Positions 39,788 through 50,373 of a stretch of DNA of 64,000 bases are shown here, one piece after another (the first letter of the stretch is position 1; each line of letters begins with the position of its first letter). The position numbers were made by a program, and so were the translations under genes. The notes beneath the pieces were generated by a model. It saw only the letters and a list, made by a program, of their open reading frames with translations. It did no database searches and was not told the DNA's origin. Origin of the DNA: an uncultured Trueperaceae bacterium (GTDB lineage Bacteria; Deinococcota; Deinococci; Deinococcales; Trueperaceae); NCBI GenBank assembly GCA_963799485.1, contig CAWCXJ010000007.1, forward strand, positions 192,001-256,000. The letters run 5' to 3'.

Positions 39788-39987
39788 GGTTAAGTTTGTC
39801 CCGTACTTAGCGCGACGACATACCAAAGGACATGCGAGTCTGATGCACTATCGGTTTACGCCGCTTCTAAGATGTGCGCCTGCACCTACCCTTTGGCTTT
39901 TCAATGCCGGTAAGAGAACTACCATATGGGCAGTCTGGCGCGCACCGGGTTGTGCTGCGCGTGCTCGCGTCCTATTTTAGAAAGACG

Positions 39988-41322
39988 ATGGACAGCCTCA
40001 GTATCACCGCGCTCGCCACTTTATACCGTCAGAAAAAGCTATCGCCGGTAGAAGTAGTCAAAACGTGCTTGAAACGTATCGAACGGCTTAACCCGGCGCT
40101 CAACGCCTTCGTCACCATAACGGCAGAAACCGCGTTACAAGAAGCAAAACGAGCAGAGGCCGAGCTGCTAAGAGGCGTAGACCGGGGGCTGCTGCACGGC
40201 GTTCCGGTGGCCCTGAAAGACCTCATCGATACCGACGAGGTACGCACGACTTACGGTTCTAGCGTGAGAACGTCGCACCTCCCGCAGGACGCCGATATTG
40301 TCCGCCACCTTAAAGCAGCAGGCACGATCAGTTTAGGCAAAACGAACTTGCTCGAGTTCGCCTACGGCGTGGTTCACCCGGACTTCGGCCCAACGCTCAA
40401 CCCGTGGCGTCAGTCGCGCACCGCCGGAGGTTCGTCGGGGGGCAGCGCCGCCGCGGTTGCCGCAGGGCTATGCTGCGCCGCAGTCGGCACGGATACGGGT
40501 GGCTCGGTTCGCATTCCGGCATCTTACTGTGGCGTCGTCGGCTTCAAGCCGAGCTACGGTTTAGTTGATACCAAAGGCGTTTTCCCCTTGTCTGAGTCAC
40601 TCGACCATATAGGGCCGATTGCGCGCAACTGCCGCGATGCGGCAGCGCTGCTAGAGGCACTGACCGGGCAGCATTTTCCGGTCAGCCCTGCACTCGACGG
40701 TCTACGTTTTGGCGTTGATCCGGGCTACTTGGAACGCACCGAGATTGAAGAGGGCGTTTTAACAGCGTTTGCTGAGGCGTGTAGTGCGTTTCGTGCAGCG
40801 GGCGCAAAAATGATAGAAATCGATCTGGGGCTCGCGGGAGCCAACGCTGCCCTGTTAGACATACTGCTCCCCGAAGCAAGTCTGATTCACGAAGATTTTC
40901 TTCCAGAGTATCGGGAGGACTACGCACCCGGAACGTTAGCACAGCTCGAGGGAGGCTCGGCCGTTTCCGCGATAACCTACCTGAAAGCACAGGGAATTCG
41001 AAAAACCCTGCAAACCCGCTTTACCGAGCATTTCCGCTCGGTGGACGCGCTGCTCATGCCGACGGTGCCGTGGGTAGCACCCTCCGAAGACCCGAGTGTG
41101 ACCGGCGACGAAGGCGAGGCCGAGATGCACTTTACCGGCCCCTTTAATCTGCTCGGCCTCCCCGCACTTTCCGTCCCATGCGGTTTTGAAAACGGGCTAC
41201 CGGTAGGGTTGCAAATCGTTACTGCACCGCAAACGGACGCTCAAACGCTCGGTATCGGCGCAGCTTACGAACGGTTATGTCCGTTTTCGCTGCCTGACGC
41301 TAACGAAAACTTTAACGGTTGA
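39988..41322 (+). CDS. Amidase signature family enzyme
   Basis: GVPVALKD, GGSSGGSAAAVAAG, GTDTGGSVRIPA. Confidence 0.93.
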   Translation: MDSLSITALATLYRQKKLSPVEVVKTCLKRIERLNPALNAFVTITAETALQEAKRAEAELLRGVDRGLLHGVPVALKDLIDTDEVRTTYGSSVRTSHLPQDADIVRHLKAAGTISLGKTNLLEFAYGVVHPDFGPTLNPWRQSRTAGGSSGGSAAAVAAGLCCAAVGTDTGGSVRIPASYCGVVGFKPSYGLVDTKGVFPLSESLDHIGPIARNCRDAAALLEALTGQHFPVSPALDGLRFGVDPGYLERTEIEEGVLTAFAEACSAFRAAGAKMIEIDLGLAGANAALLDILLPEASLIHEDFLPEYREDYAPGTLAQLEGGSAVSAITYLKAQGIRKTLQTRFTEHFRSVDALLMPTVPWVAPSEDPSVTGDEGEAEMHFTGPFNLLGLPALSVPCGFENGLPVGLQIVTAPQTDAQTLGIGAAYERLCPFSLPDANENFNG

Positions 41323-41361
41323 CTGTATATCTATTAACTGTTACAGTCTACCATAACAGTT
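41319..41361 (+). promoter_or_regulatory. Promoter with overlapping inverted-repeat operator for ABC operon 1
   Basis: TTGACT-17-TACAGT; AACTGTTA-N10-TAACAGTT spanning the -10. Confidence 0.6.
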
Positions 41362-41422
41362 GTGCGATCCCCGGCCAGGAAATCGGCAGACTGTTACCTG
41401 GAGGCCCTTGGTGAGGAGATTC

Positions 41423-42991
41423 GTGAAAAGACTCGTTCCCCTTTTGCTCAGTTTGTGTCTGGTGCTGTTTGGCAGCGCGTTCGCTCAGACACGTGGCGGT
41501 GAAATGCGTTACGGGCGCTACGCCGACTCGCTCTTTTTAGACCCGGTTCTGAACGACGCCAACCTCGACATCTGGGTGCTGACGAACCTTTACGACACGC
41601 TGCTTCAGCCGACCGAAGACGGTAAGGGAGTTCAGCCAGGGCTCGCCACCGAAGTCGTGCCCTCAGAAGATGGCCTCATTTACACGGTGACGCTCCGCCC
41701 TGATATCAAGTTTGCCGATGGGTCGCCGATCACGCCGGAAGACGTGAAATGGTCGCTCGACCGGGCACGGAATCCAGATAACGGTATCTGGAACTTTACC
41801 TTAGCGTCTGTCGAGTCTGTCGAAGCCGGTGACGGCGAGGTCACGATTACACTCTCCCGCCCCGACGCGACGCTGCGTGCGGCGCTCGCGACCTTTAACT
41901 CGGCGATCATGCCGCAAAAGCTGTTCGAGGCTGCCCCCGGCGCAACCGACGCCGAAAAAGCCGAAGCGTTCGCCGAAAAACCCATCGGGTCGGGGCCGTT
42001 CGTGCTCAGTGAGTGGCGGCGCGGCTCGTATATGGTGATGAAAAAGAATCCGTACTACTGGGAAATGGGCGCAGACGGCGAGCCGCTACCATATCTCGAC
42101 AGTGTACGCTTTGAAATCGTCACCGACGACAACACCCGTATTTTACGGCTCCAAGCAGGTGAACTTCAGGGTGCCGAATCCATCCCTTTAAGCCGCGTTG
42201 CTGAACTCGAGAACGATTCGCGCCTCAGCATGGAGCTGTTTCCCTCGACGCAGGTCAATACGGTCTTGCTGAACAATCGCCCGGAGCTCAACGACGGTTC
42301 GGTCAATCCCTTGGCTGACCTGCGGGTTCGGCAAGCACTCAACTACGCCACCAATAAAGAGGCGCTGATTCAAGTTGTCGCCTTTGGCAACGGCACGCCG
42401 ATGCAGTCGTACATGTCGTCAACCACGCCGCTTTACGCCGCGCAACCGGGTTATCCGTACGACCTCGAGCAGGCCCAGTCGCTGCTCGCCGAAGCGGGTT
42501 ACGCGGACGGTTTTGACGTGAGTATCTTGACGACGACTGGGAGCGCCAACGACGTCGCGTTAGCGACCGCACTGCAAGATATGTGGGGACAGCTCGGCGT
42601 GCGGATCACGATTGAACAGCTCGAGGCCGCCACCGAAGCCGAACGCTACCGGAGTGCCGACTTCGATACGCGCGTCGCGGGGTGGACGAACGACATCAAC
42701 GATCCGAGCCAGATCACCTCGTACTTTGCGATTTTTGACAACATCGAGTCGCTCTACACGGGCTTTCAAAACGACGAGATCGACACCCTTTTTGCCGCGA
42801 GCCAGGGCGAACTCGACACCGCCAAACGCGCCGACGCGTACCGCCAAATCCAGAGCATCTACATGAACCAAGCGCCGATTGTGTTCTTATACGAAACCCC
42901 CTTTCCTGTCGCGCTGCAAACCTCGGTCAAGGGGTTTGTGCAGATTCCGCTGGGGAACAACATCTTTAAGGGTGCGTACCTCGAGCAGTAG
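41423..42991 (+). CDS. Peptide/nickel-type ABC substrate-binding protein (family 5)
   Basis: signal peptide, LYDTLL, F.DG.P.T.EDVKWS, PIGSGPF, VRQALNYA. Confidence 0.92.
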   Translation: MKRLVPLLLSLCLVLFGSAFAQTRGGEMRYGRYADSLFLDPVLNDANLDIWVLTNLYDTLLQPTEDGKGVQPGLATEVVPSEDGLIYTVTLRPDIKFADGSPITPEDVKWSLDRARNPDNGIWNFTLASVESVEAGDGEVTITLSRPDATLRAALATFNSAIMPQKLFEAAPGATDAEKAEAFAEKPIGSGPFVLSEWRRGSYMVMKKNPYYWEMGADGEPLPYLDSVRFEIVTDDNTRILRLQAGELQGAESIPLSRVAELENDSRLSMELFPSTQVNTVLLNNRPELNDGSVNPLADLRVRQALNYATNKEALIQVVAFGNGTPMQSYMSSTTPLYAAQPGYPYDLEQAQSLLAEAGYADGFDVSILTTTGSANDVALATALQDMWGQLGVRITIEQLEAATEAERYRSADFDTRVAGWTNDINDPSQITSYFAIFDNIESLYTGFQNDEIDTLFAASQGELDTAKRADAYRQIQSIYMNQAPIVFLYETPFPVALQTSVKGFVQIPLGNNIFKGAYLEQ

Positions 42992-43054
42992 CTTCCACCA
43001 GAGCAGCCTTACGGGGCTGATCAACTAAGACCGCGCTGATGAACTGGGGATCAA

Positions 43055-43996
43055 GTGAACAGGTGGCAGTACGCCCTAACCCGGCTTTTACAGATTATTC
43101 CTACATTTTTCGTTGTGATGCTGCTCGTTTTTGTGATGGTGCGCCTTTTACCTGGCGACCCGGCGAGCGCGATTTTGGGCGAACGGGCGACGCCGGAAGC
43201 AATTACGCGGATTAATCAGCAGTTGGGTCTCGACAAGCCGCTCCCGGTACAGTTCGGTATTTTCGTGCAGAACTTTTTTCGTGGCGACTTGGGTGCGTCC
43301 TTAAACCTCAAGGTGCCGGTGCTGACGCTGATCGCTCAAAGGATGCCGATTACGCTGCTGCTCACGCTTTACGCGGCTGTTCTTGCAGCGATTTTGGCGG
43401 TGCCGCTGGCGATTTTAGCAGCGTTTACCAGGGGCACGTGGGTTGATGCGCTCATTCGCGGCGTCTTCCAAGTTGGACTCTCGGTACCAGTTTTTTACGT
43501 CGGCTTGCAACTCTTGACCTTCTTCGGCGCACGCTTAGGTTGGTTTCCGGTAGGGGGTATCGGCAACAACTTCATCCAGAACCTGTACTACCTCTTTTTG
43601 CCCGCACTCTCGCTGGGGTTTTATCTGGCAGCTATTTTGATGCGCAATTTACGTGCGTCGATTATCGAGGTTTTTAGCGCTGAATATGTTGAGTTCGCTC
43701 GGTCGAAAGGGCTTAAGAGGCGGGTAGTCATCCTTAAACATATCTTGCGTAACGCCCTCATCTCGACCGTTACGCTCTTCGGCCTCAGCATCGGACAGCT
43801 CATCGGGGGCGCGGTCATCACTGAAACCGTCTTTGCGATTCCCGGCGTTGGACGCCTGATGGTTGACGCTATTTTCGGGCGTGACTACGCCGTGATTCAG
43901 GGGCTGACCCTGACCTTTGCGCTGCTCGTCTCAGTCGTGTTTCTCCTCACCGACCTCGTTTACGCTGCGCTCGACCCGCGTACCGAGTACGCCTAA
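43055..43996 (+). CDS. ABC permease (DppB-like)
   Basis: LPGDPA, EY.EFARSKGL, ETVFAIPG.G. Confidence 0.92.
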   Translation: MNRWQYALTRLLQIIPTFFVVMLLVFVMVRLLPGDPASAILGERATPEAITRINQQLGLDKPLPVQFGIFVQNFFRGDLGASLNLKVPVLTLIAQRMPITLLLTLYAAVLAAILAVPLAILAAFTRGTWVDALIRGVFQVGLSVPVFYVGLQLLTFFGARLGWFPVGGIGNNFIQNLYYLFLPALSLGFYLAAILMRNLRASIIEVFSAEYVEFARSKGLKRRVVILKHILRNALISTVTLFGLSIGQLIGGAVITETVFAIPGVGRLMVDAIFGRDYAVIQGLTLTFALLVSVVFLLTDLVYAALDPRTEYA

Positions 43997-44008
43997 AGAA
44001 GGTTTTTA

Positions 44009-44863
44009 GTGGCTACCCCTGCGCTCAGTAACCGCAACGCCCCGCGCAGCCTCTTGCGCGTGCGTCCTAAACCGACCCTGCTCGTCGGTCTGCTGCTTCT
44101 CGCCGTATTTTTAGCAACGGCTTTTTTCCCGGCTCAGCTTGCCCCTTATGACCCATCTGAGTTCGACTACACCGCGCTGATGCAAGGCCCGAGCGCCGCG
44201 CACCCGTTCGGCACCGATAATTTCGGCCGCGACATCTTTTCACGCGTGATTTGGGGCGCGAGAGTTGACCTGCAGATCGCCCTTTTTACCACCCTGTTCC
44301 CTTTTGTCTTTGGGACGATTGTCGGAGCGCTGACCGGTTACTACGGGCGCTGGCTCGACGCCATTTTCGGGCGCATCGTCGATGTTGTCGTCGTATTTCC
44401 ATTTTTGGTGTTGGTCATCGCTATCGTCGCCATTTTAGGCCCCGGCCTCTTAAACCTCTACATCGCCGTAAGTTCAGTGGGTTGGATTTACTACGCGCGG
44501 CTTGTGCGCGGTGAGATGATGGTACAGAAAAAAGCCGAGTACGCGCAGGCCGCCAAGGTGATGGGCTATTCCCCCACCCGAATCATCTTCCGCCACCTCT
44601 TACCCAACGCCGTTACGCCCGCCATCGTTTACCTTATGACCGACATGTCGCTCGGGATCTTGCTCGGCGCGTCGCTGGGGTACTTGGGCCTCGGCGCACA
44701 ACCCCCGACCGCTGAATGGGGCGTGATGGTCGCCGACGGCAAAAACTTTATGGTGACGGCCCCGTGGATGACGACGTTCCCGGGTCTGGCGCTGACTGTT
44801 GCGGGCATCACGTTCAGCCTGATCGGGGACGGGCTGGCCGACCTGCTAAGGCCGCGCGCGTGA
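44009..44863 (+). CDS. ABC permease (DppC-like)
   Basis: HPFGTDNFGRD, EY..AA..G, HLLPN, PP.AEWG. Confidence 0.92.
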   Translation: MATPALSNRNAPRSLLRVRPKPTLLVGLLLLAVFLATAFFPAQLAPYDPSEFDYTALMQGPSAAHPFGTDNFGRDIFSRVIWGARVDLQIALFTTLFPFVFGTIVGALTGYYGRWLDAIFGRIVDVVVVFPFLVLVIAIVAILGPGLLNLYIAVSSVGWIYYARLVRGEMMVQKKAEYAQAAKVMGYSPTRIIFRHLLPNAVTPAIVYLMTDMSLGILLGASLGYLGLGAQPPTAEWGVMVADGKNFMVTAPWMTTFPGLALTVAGITFSLIGDGLADLLRPRA

Positions 44864-45861
44864 GCGAGCCTATATTATCGGTGCGCAACCTAAGCACCAC
44901 GTTTTCAACCCCAAGGGGCCCCCTACAAGCTGTCAACGACGTCAGCTTCGACGTATATCCGGGTGAGGTCTTGGGGATCGTCGGTGAATCGGGTTCGGGC
45001 AAGAGTGTCACGTTACGTTCGATCTTACGGCTGTTGCGCCCCCCGACCAAGCTGAACGGCGAAGTGAGGTGGCAAGGCGAAAACTTGCTCAAAGTCTTGC
45101 CCGAACGGTTGCGTAAGGTCACGGGGGGCGAGATCAGCATCATCTTTCAAGAACCGATGACCGCGCTGAATCCGGTGCTGAGCGTCGGTGAGCAGATTTT
45201 AGAGAGTCTAGACGAGCACGAGCGGCTCTCGAAAAAAGAGGCCAGGGCACGCGCTGAAGAACTCCTGTCGCTCGTCGGCATTCCCTCACCCCGCGAACGT
45301 TTGGGCGACTACGCGCACCAGTTTTCCGGCGGGATGCGGCAACGGGCGATGATCGCCATTGCGCTTGCCTCAAATCCGAAACTCCTGTTAGCCGACGAAC
45401 CGACCACCGCGCTCGACGTGACCATCCAAGACCAAATCTTAAAGCTGCTGCTGCGGCTTAAAGATCAGCTCGAGATGAGCGTCGTCATCGTTACCCATGA
45501 CCTCGGTGTGGTGGCGCAGACGTGCGACCGGGTGGCCGTAATGTACGCCGGACGTATCGTCGAAACTGCGCTGGTTGCGGAGCTTCTGGGAACGCCGCAA
45601 CACGCTTATACGCTCGGGCTTTTACGGTCGCTCCCCGGTGAAGGGTCGCGGCGGCAACCCCTCTCGCCGATTCCCGGTGCGCCGCCCAACCTTTTGGACT
45701 TGCCGGGCGGCTGCGCTTTCGCACCGCGCTGCGCTTACGCCGACGAGGCTTGTCTGAAAGCGGTACCACCTCTGGCTGGTGTCGCCCCGGAACATCTCTC
45801 GGCGTGTATTCATCATGAGCTGTTACCCAAACCCGCCACTAGCACGGAGGTGACTGCGTGA
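44860..45861 (+). CDS. ABC ATP-binding protein (DppD-like)
   Basis: [25 protein letters not shown]-terminal Cys cluster. Confidence 0.93.
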   Translation: MSEPILSVRNLSTTFSTPRGPLQAVNDVSFDVYPGEVLGIVGESGSGKSVTLRSILRLLRPPTKLNGEVRWQGENLLKVLPERLRKVTGGEISIIFQEPMTALNPVLSVGEQILESLDEHERLSKKEARARAEELLSLVGIPSPRERLGDYAHQFSGGMRQRAMIAIALASNPKLLLADEPTTALDVTIQDQILKLLLRLKDQLEMSVVIVTHDLGVVAQTCDRVAVMYAGRIVETALVAELLGTPQHAYTLGLLRSLPGEGSRRQPLSPIPGAPPNLLDLPGGCAFAPRCAYADEACLKAVPPLAGVAPEHLSACIHHELLPKPATSTEVTA

Positions 45862-46916
45862 GCGAGACGCTCCTCAAAGTTCAAAATCTGACGAAGACGT
45901 TTCCGGTGAAAGCGCCGTTTTGGGGACGACTGCGCGGCACGACGAAACCGGTCGTGCGCGCGCTGACGGGTGTGAACTTGGAGGTTCAGCGCGGCGAAAC
46001 CTTAGGCATCGTCGGCGAGTCGGGGTGCGGCAAATCTACGCTGGCGCGTTGCCTGGTGCGGCTTTACGAAGCCGAGGACGGCAGCATCGAATACGGCGGC
46101 GAAGATGTGCGGGCGCTCCGCGGTGGGGCACTCCGGGCGTACAACCGCCGCGTGCAGATGGTTTTTCAAGACCCCTACAGCTCGCTAAACCCAAGGATGA
46201 CGGTCGAACAAACCCTCGCCGAATCGTTACGGGTTCACCGCATCTGCTCGCCCAGCAAAGTCAAAACGAGAATTAGCGAGCTGTTAGGACTTGTCGGTTT
46301 GCCGCAAAGCGCGGCGCAGCGGCTGCCCCACGAGTTTTCCGGGGGGCAGCGTCAGCGTATCGGGATTGCTCGCGCCTTGTCTGTCGAACCCGAATGTTTA
46401 GTCGCCGACGAACTTGTCTCTGCGCTCGACGTATCGGTACAAGCGCAGGTCGTCAATTTGCTGCTAGAGCTACAAGACAAACTGCACCTTACCGTGCTCT
46501 TCGTCGCGCACGATTTACGGCTGGTGCACCACATCTCGCACCGCGTCGCGGTGATGTATCTAGGTAACGTCGTTGAGGTTGCCGATACCGAAACGCTCTT
46601 CGCGCGTCCGCAGCATCCCTATACGCAGGCGCTCCTCGCTGCCGCACCCGACCTCGATCCGGCGAAAAAGAGCACGGTCGCCGCCGTACAGGGCGAGCTG
46701 CCGAGCCCGCTCAAGGTGCCGAGTGGTTGCGCGTTTCATACCCGCTGCCCGCATGCATTTGACCGCTGCAAAACCGAGAAGCCCAGGCTCGAGCCCCGTG
46801 TAGCAGACGCACCCCAACCGGGCCACTCGGCCGCGTGTCACCTTTACGAACCTGCTCGAGGTTCTACTTTCAGGCCCCCTACTTCTGAAACCGAGCAGCT
46901 TTCCAGACCGGCTTAA
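45858..46916 (+). CDS. ABC ATP-binding protein (DppF-like)
   Basis: GESGCGKS, FSGGQRQR, HPYT, GC.FH.RC. Confidence 0.93.
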   Translation: MSETLLKVQNLTKTFPVKAPFWGRLRGTTKPVVRALTGVNLEVQRGETLGIVGESGCGKSTLARCLVRLYEAEDGSIEYGGEDVRALRGGALRAYNRRVQMVFQDPYSSLNPRMTVEQTLAESLRVHRICSPSKVKTRISELLGLVGLPQSAAQRLPHEFSGGQRQRIGIARALSVEPECLVADELVSALDVSVQAQVVNLLLELQDKLHLTVLFVAHDLRLVHHISHRVAVMYLGNVVEVADTETLFARPQHPYTQALLAAAPDLDPAKKSTVAAVQGELPSPLKVPSGCAFHTRCPHAFDRCKTEKPRLEPRVADAPQPGHSAACHLYEPARGSTFRPPTSETEQLSRPA

Positions 46917-46930
46917 TCCTGAGCCCCAGT

Positions 46931-47920
46931 ATGCACTTCTACCTCGACCGCTCCCTCCCCATCCCCGTCGGCGTGCAGCTGCGCGGGCAGCTCGAGTACG
47001 GCGTCGCCTGCGGCGACATCGGGCGGGGCAGCAAACTCCCGTCGGTACGCGACCTCTCGCGTACCCTGGGCGTCGCACCCGCCACGGTGTCGCAAGTCTA
47101 TAAAGAGTTGTTACAAGAAGGGCTGCTCGAGACCGTTCCCGGCAAAGGTACCTACGTCACCGAATCGCCGCGCACGCCTGCGCGCGATTTTACGGCGCTG
47201 CACCGTATCGCCGACGAACTGATTGACCGTGCCTACGCTTTAGGGTACGAGGCCGCTGAACTCGCGCAACTCGTACAGCTTAAAGTGAGCAGCTACCGCC
47301 CCACTAGGCCGCTCGAACTCGTCTTCGTCGGGATTTTTCCCGAGGCGACCCGCGCCTACACCGACGCGCTGCGGCACTTTTTGAAACCGACCGACCAGCT
47401 TAGAGGAATCACACTGGACGAGCTGGCTCAGTTTGAAGGACAAACGCTATGTGCAGACGCCGACCTCGTGATTACGCTGGGGCACCGTGAAGGTGCGGTG
47501 CGCAAACTGCTCGGCGCGGCGCGGCCGCTAACTTCGGTGAACCTACTGCCCACCGAAGACGTTCGGGCTGCGCTCGCTGCGCTTGCCCCGCAAACCCGGC
47601 TCGGGCTGGTCGCAACCTTCCCGGAGTTTTTACCGACGATGAAAAACGGCGTCGTCCACTGTGCACCCGGCGCTGAGGTGCGCCCCTGCACCCTCCATAA
47701 TCCTGCCCTGCCCGACCTGCTCGCCTGGAGTGAAGTCGTTGTCTACGCCACCGGTTCCGAAGTGGTTGCAGAGGCCGCGCCACCTCACGTCGTCACCTTT
47801 GAATACCGTCACACGCCTGAAACCCATTCAGTCGAAACGAAACTGCTTCCCTTGATTGAAAAATTGCGCTTTGAAAAGAGGCAAGATGAACATCCGCGAA
47901 ATGAACTGGCTACAAGTTGA
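46931..47920 (+). CDS. GntR-family regulator with extended C-terminal domain
   Basis: GSKLPSVRDL...LGVAP.TV...YKEL..EGL....GKGTYV. Confidence 0.88.
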   Translation: MHFYLDRSLPIPVGVQLRGQLEYGVACGDIGRGSKLPSVRDLSRTLGVAPATVSQVYKELLQEGLLETVPGKGTYVTESPRTPARDFTALHRIADELIDRAYALGYEAAELAQLVQLKVSSYRPTRPLELVFVGIFPEATRAYTDALRHFLKPTDQLRGITLDELAQFEGQTLCADADLVITLGHREGAVRKLLGAARPLTSVNLLPTEDVRAALAALAPQTRLGLVATFPEFLPTMKNGVVHCAPGAEVRPCTLHNPALPDLLAWSEVVVYATGSEVVAEAAPPHVVTFEYRHTPETHSVETKLLPLIEKLRFEKRQDEHPRNELATS

Positions 47921-48593
47921 AGCGTATCTTCAAGGTGACGACCGGGTTGTTCTGCCCCTCGGTTCAACCGAACAACACGCTTATTTGAGCCTTTGTGTTG
48001 ACAATATCCTGGCCGAACGGGTCGCACTCGCGGCTGCCGAACCGCTCGGCGTCCCCGTGTTTCCGACGGTCAATTATGGGTTGACGCCCTACTTTCGCGC
48101 TTACCCCGGCAGCCTTACGCTGCGCACCGTGACGTATTTGAGTGTCGTAAAAGACCTGCTCGACAGCCTCGCCGAAAACGGCTTCCGCCGCATCTTGCTT
48201 GTCAACGGACACGGCGGGAACGCCCCGGCGCAAGGCTTCGTCAGCGAGTGGATGGCCGATAACCCCGGTTGCCGCGTCAAGTTTCACAACTGGTGGAGCG
48301 CGCCCAAAACAATTCAAAAAGTTCATGAGACCGACCCGCAAGCCTCGCACGCGTCGTGGATGGAAAACTTTCCCTGGACGCGGCTGCCGGGGGTTGAGCT
48401 GCCGGGTGAGCAGAAGCCGATGATCGACCCCGCGCACATGCGGCTGCTGACCCCGCAAGAACTCCGCGAGTATCTCCAAGAGGGCAATTTCGGCGGCTAC
48501 TTTCAGCGTTCAAATGAAGACATGCAGGCTATCTGGGACGTGGCTGTCAATGAGACGCGGGAACTGTTGGCAAAAGACTGGGGCAACGCGTGA
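47886..48593 (+). CDS. Creatininase-family amidohydrolase
   Basis: LPLGSTEQH..L....D, PGSL, VNGHGGN, HA. Confidence 0.9.
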   Translation: MNIREMNWLQVEAYLQGDDRVVLPLGSTEQHAYLSLCVDNILAERVALAAAEPLGVPVFPTVNYGLTPYFRAYPGSLTLRTVTYLSVVKDLLDSLAENGFRRILLVNGHGGNAPAQGFVSEWMADNPGCRVKFHNWWSAPKTIQKVHETDPQASHASWMENFPWTRLPGVELPGEQKPMIDPAHMRLLTPQELREYLQEGNFGGYFQRSNEDMQAIWDVAVNETRELLAKDWGNA

Positions 48594-49612
48594 AGGTCCT
48601 GCTCTGGGGTGCAGGGGCAATCGGCGGCACCCTGGGCGCGTATTTTACGCGATCAGGTCATGACGTGACGCTCGTTGATACGGTTGTGGAGCACATCGAG
48701 GCCATTGCCGACAAGGGGCTAAATATTACCGGGCCGATTGAAACCTTTAACGTCGGCGTACCCGCGTTCGTTCCCGCAAAGCTTACCGGGCAGTGGGACT
48801 GCGTGCTGCTCTGCACCAAAGCACAACATACCGAAACAGCACTTACCGCCCTGCTCCCTCACCTATCTAAGAACGGTTACGTCGTTTCAGTCCAAAACGG
48901 GCTCAACGAGCAGACGCTGGCAGACAAACTCGGAGAGGCTTACGTCGTCGGTTCATTCGTCAACTTCGGCGCAGACTACCTTGAGCCGGGCGTGATTCAC
49001 TACGGTGGACGCGGCGCGGTCGTTTTAGGTGAGCTGGACGGTCAGGAGACACCCCGGCTCAAAGCGTTACACGAGCTGTTTTTGACCTTTGACGACGCAG
49101 CCATCACTACGCCGAACATCTGGGGTTACTTGTGGGGCAAATTGGCTTACGGCGCGATGCTCTTTGCCACCGCCCTGACCAACGCCTCCATTGCCGACGC
49201 GTTAGACCATCCCGAGTACCGCACGCTTTACATTGCGCTGGGTCAAGAGGTTTTACGGGTTGCTGAAGCGTTAAACGTTCAACCTGAAGCGTTTAACGGC
49301 TTCGATCCGCAGGCGTTTCTGCCGGACACGCCGGAAGCCGTGTCGCAGCGGTCGCTTGACGAGATGGTGGCCTTCAACCGCAAGTCGGCGAAAACGCACA
49401 GCGGCATCTGGCGAGATTTGGCGGTGCGCAAACGCCGTACCGAGGTTGACCCGCAACTCGGGGCGATTGTTGAGGCAGGGCGGCGCGTCGGGGTTGCCAC
49501 GCCGATTACGGCAAAACTTACCCAACTTGTGCACGACATCGAAGACGGACGCCGCGCCCAAGGCTGGGACGCCCTCGCGGTTTTACGGCAAACTCAGCTG
49601 AGTTACGCGTGA
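48590..49612 (+). CDS. Ketopantoate reductase (ApbA/PanE)-family oxidoreductase
   Basis: GAGAIG, QNGL, W.KL, TEVD. Confidence 0.88.
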   Translation: MKVLLWGAGAIGGTLGAYFTRSGHDVTLVDTVVEHIEAIADKGLNITGPIETFNVGVPAFVPAKLTGQWDCVLLCTKAQHTETALTALLPHLSKNGYVVSVQNGLNEQTLADKLGEAYVVGSFVNFGADYLEPGVIHYGGRGAVVLGELDGQETPRLKALHELFLTFDDAAITTPNIWGYLWGKLAYGAMLFATALTNASIADALDHPEYRTLYIALGQEVLRVAEALNVQPEAFNGFDPQAFLPDTPEAVSQRSLDEMVAFNRKSAKTHSGIWRDLAVRKRRTEVDPQLGAIVEAGRRVGVATPITAKLTQLVHDIEDGRRAQGWDALAVLRQTQLSYA

Positions 49613-50373
49613 GCTTCGATTTTACGGGCCAAACGGTCATCGTGACGGGAGCCGCGCACGGCTTCGGGCGGGCGATTGCGCTTTCGTTTGCGGCGCTCGG
49701 CGCAGCGGTGTGGGCGGGTGACGTAAATCAAAAAGGGTTAATCCAAACCGCAGCAGAAGCTAACGGTTTAGCCGGTTCTGTAGAGACGCGCCTCGTAGAT
49801 GTAACAGATAAAGCTGCTGTTGAGGCGTTTGTGAATGAAGTGACCGCTGAACATGGCCTCGAGATTTTGGTCAACAATGCCGGGGGCGTCCTCGGACAGG
49901 TAGGAAGGCCGCTCGAGCAGGTCAGCGCCGAGGACTGGGAGCGTATCTTCGGCGTCAACGTAGACGGCGCGTTTTACTTCACTCAAGCCGTCGCACCTGT
50001 GATGAAAGCGGCGCGGTTTGGACGCATCGTCAACATCTCCTCCGGGGCCGGACTCGGCGTCAGCTTGACGGGGATTCAGGCGTATGCAGCGGCCAAAGCC
50101 GCGCAAATCGGTTTAACCCGGCAGCTCGCGCACGAATTCGGGCCGTGGAATATCACGGTCAATAATGTTGCACCGGGGTTTGTGCGCTCGAACCCGGCGA
50201 CCGAAAAGCAGTGGGCGTCTTACGGCGAAGCGGGACAGCAGGCGCTTGTAGAGAAAATCGCGCTCCGGCGGCTCGGTACCCCTGAAGACATCGCCAACGG
50301 GGTACTGTTTTTCGCGTCGCCTTATGCGGGTTGGATAACTGGACAGGTCTTGTCGGTTGACGGGGGCAAATAG
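49609..50373 (+). CDS. Short-chain dehydrogenase/reductase
   Basis: TGAAHGFG, NNAG, YAAAK, ITGQVL.VDGG. Confidence 0.92.
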   Translation: MSFDFTGQTVIVTGAAHGFGRAIALSFAALGAAVWAGDVNQKGLIQTAAEANGLAGSVETRLVDVTDKAAVEAFVNEVTAEHGLEILVNNAGGVLGQVGRPLEQVSAEDWERIFGVNVDGAFYFTQAVAPVMKAARFGRIVNISSGAGLGVSLTGIQAYAAAKAAQIGLTRQLAHEFGPWNITVNNVAPGFVRSNPATEKQWASYGEAGQQALVEKIALRRLGTPEDIANGVLFFASPYAGWITGQVLSVDGGK

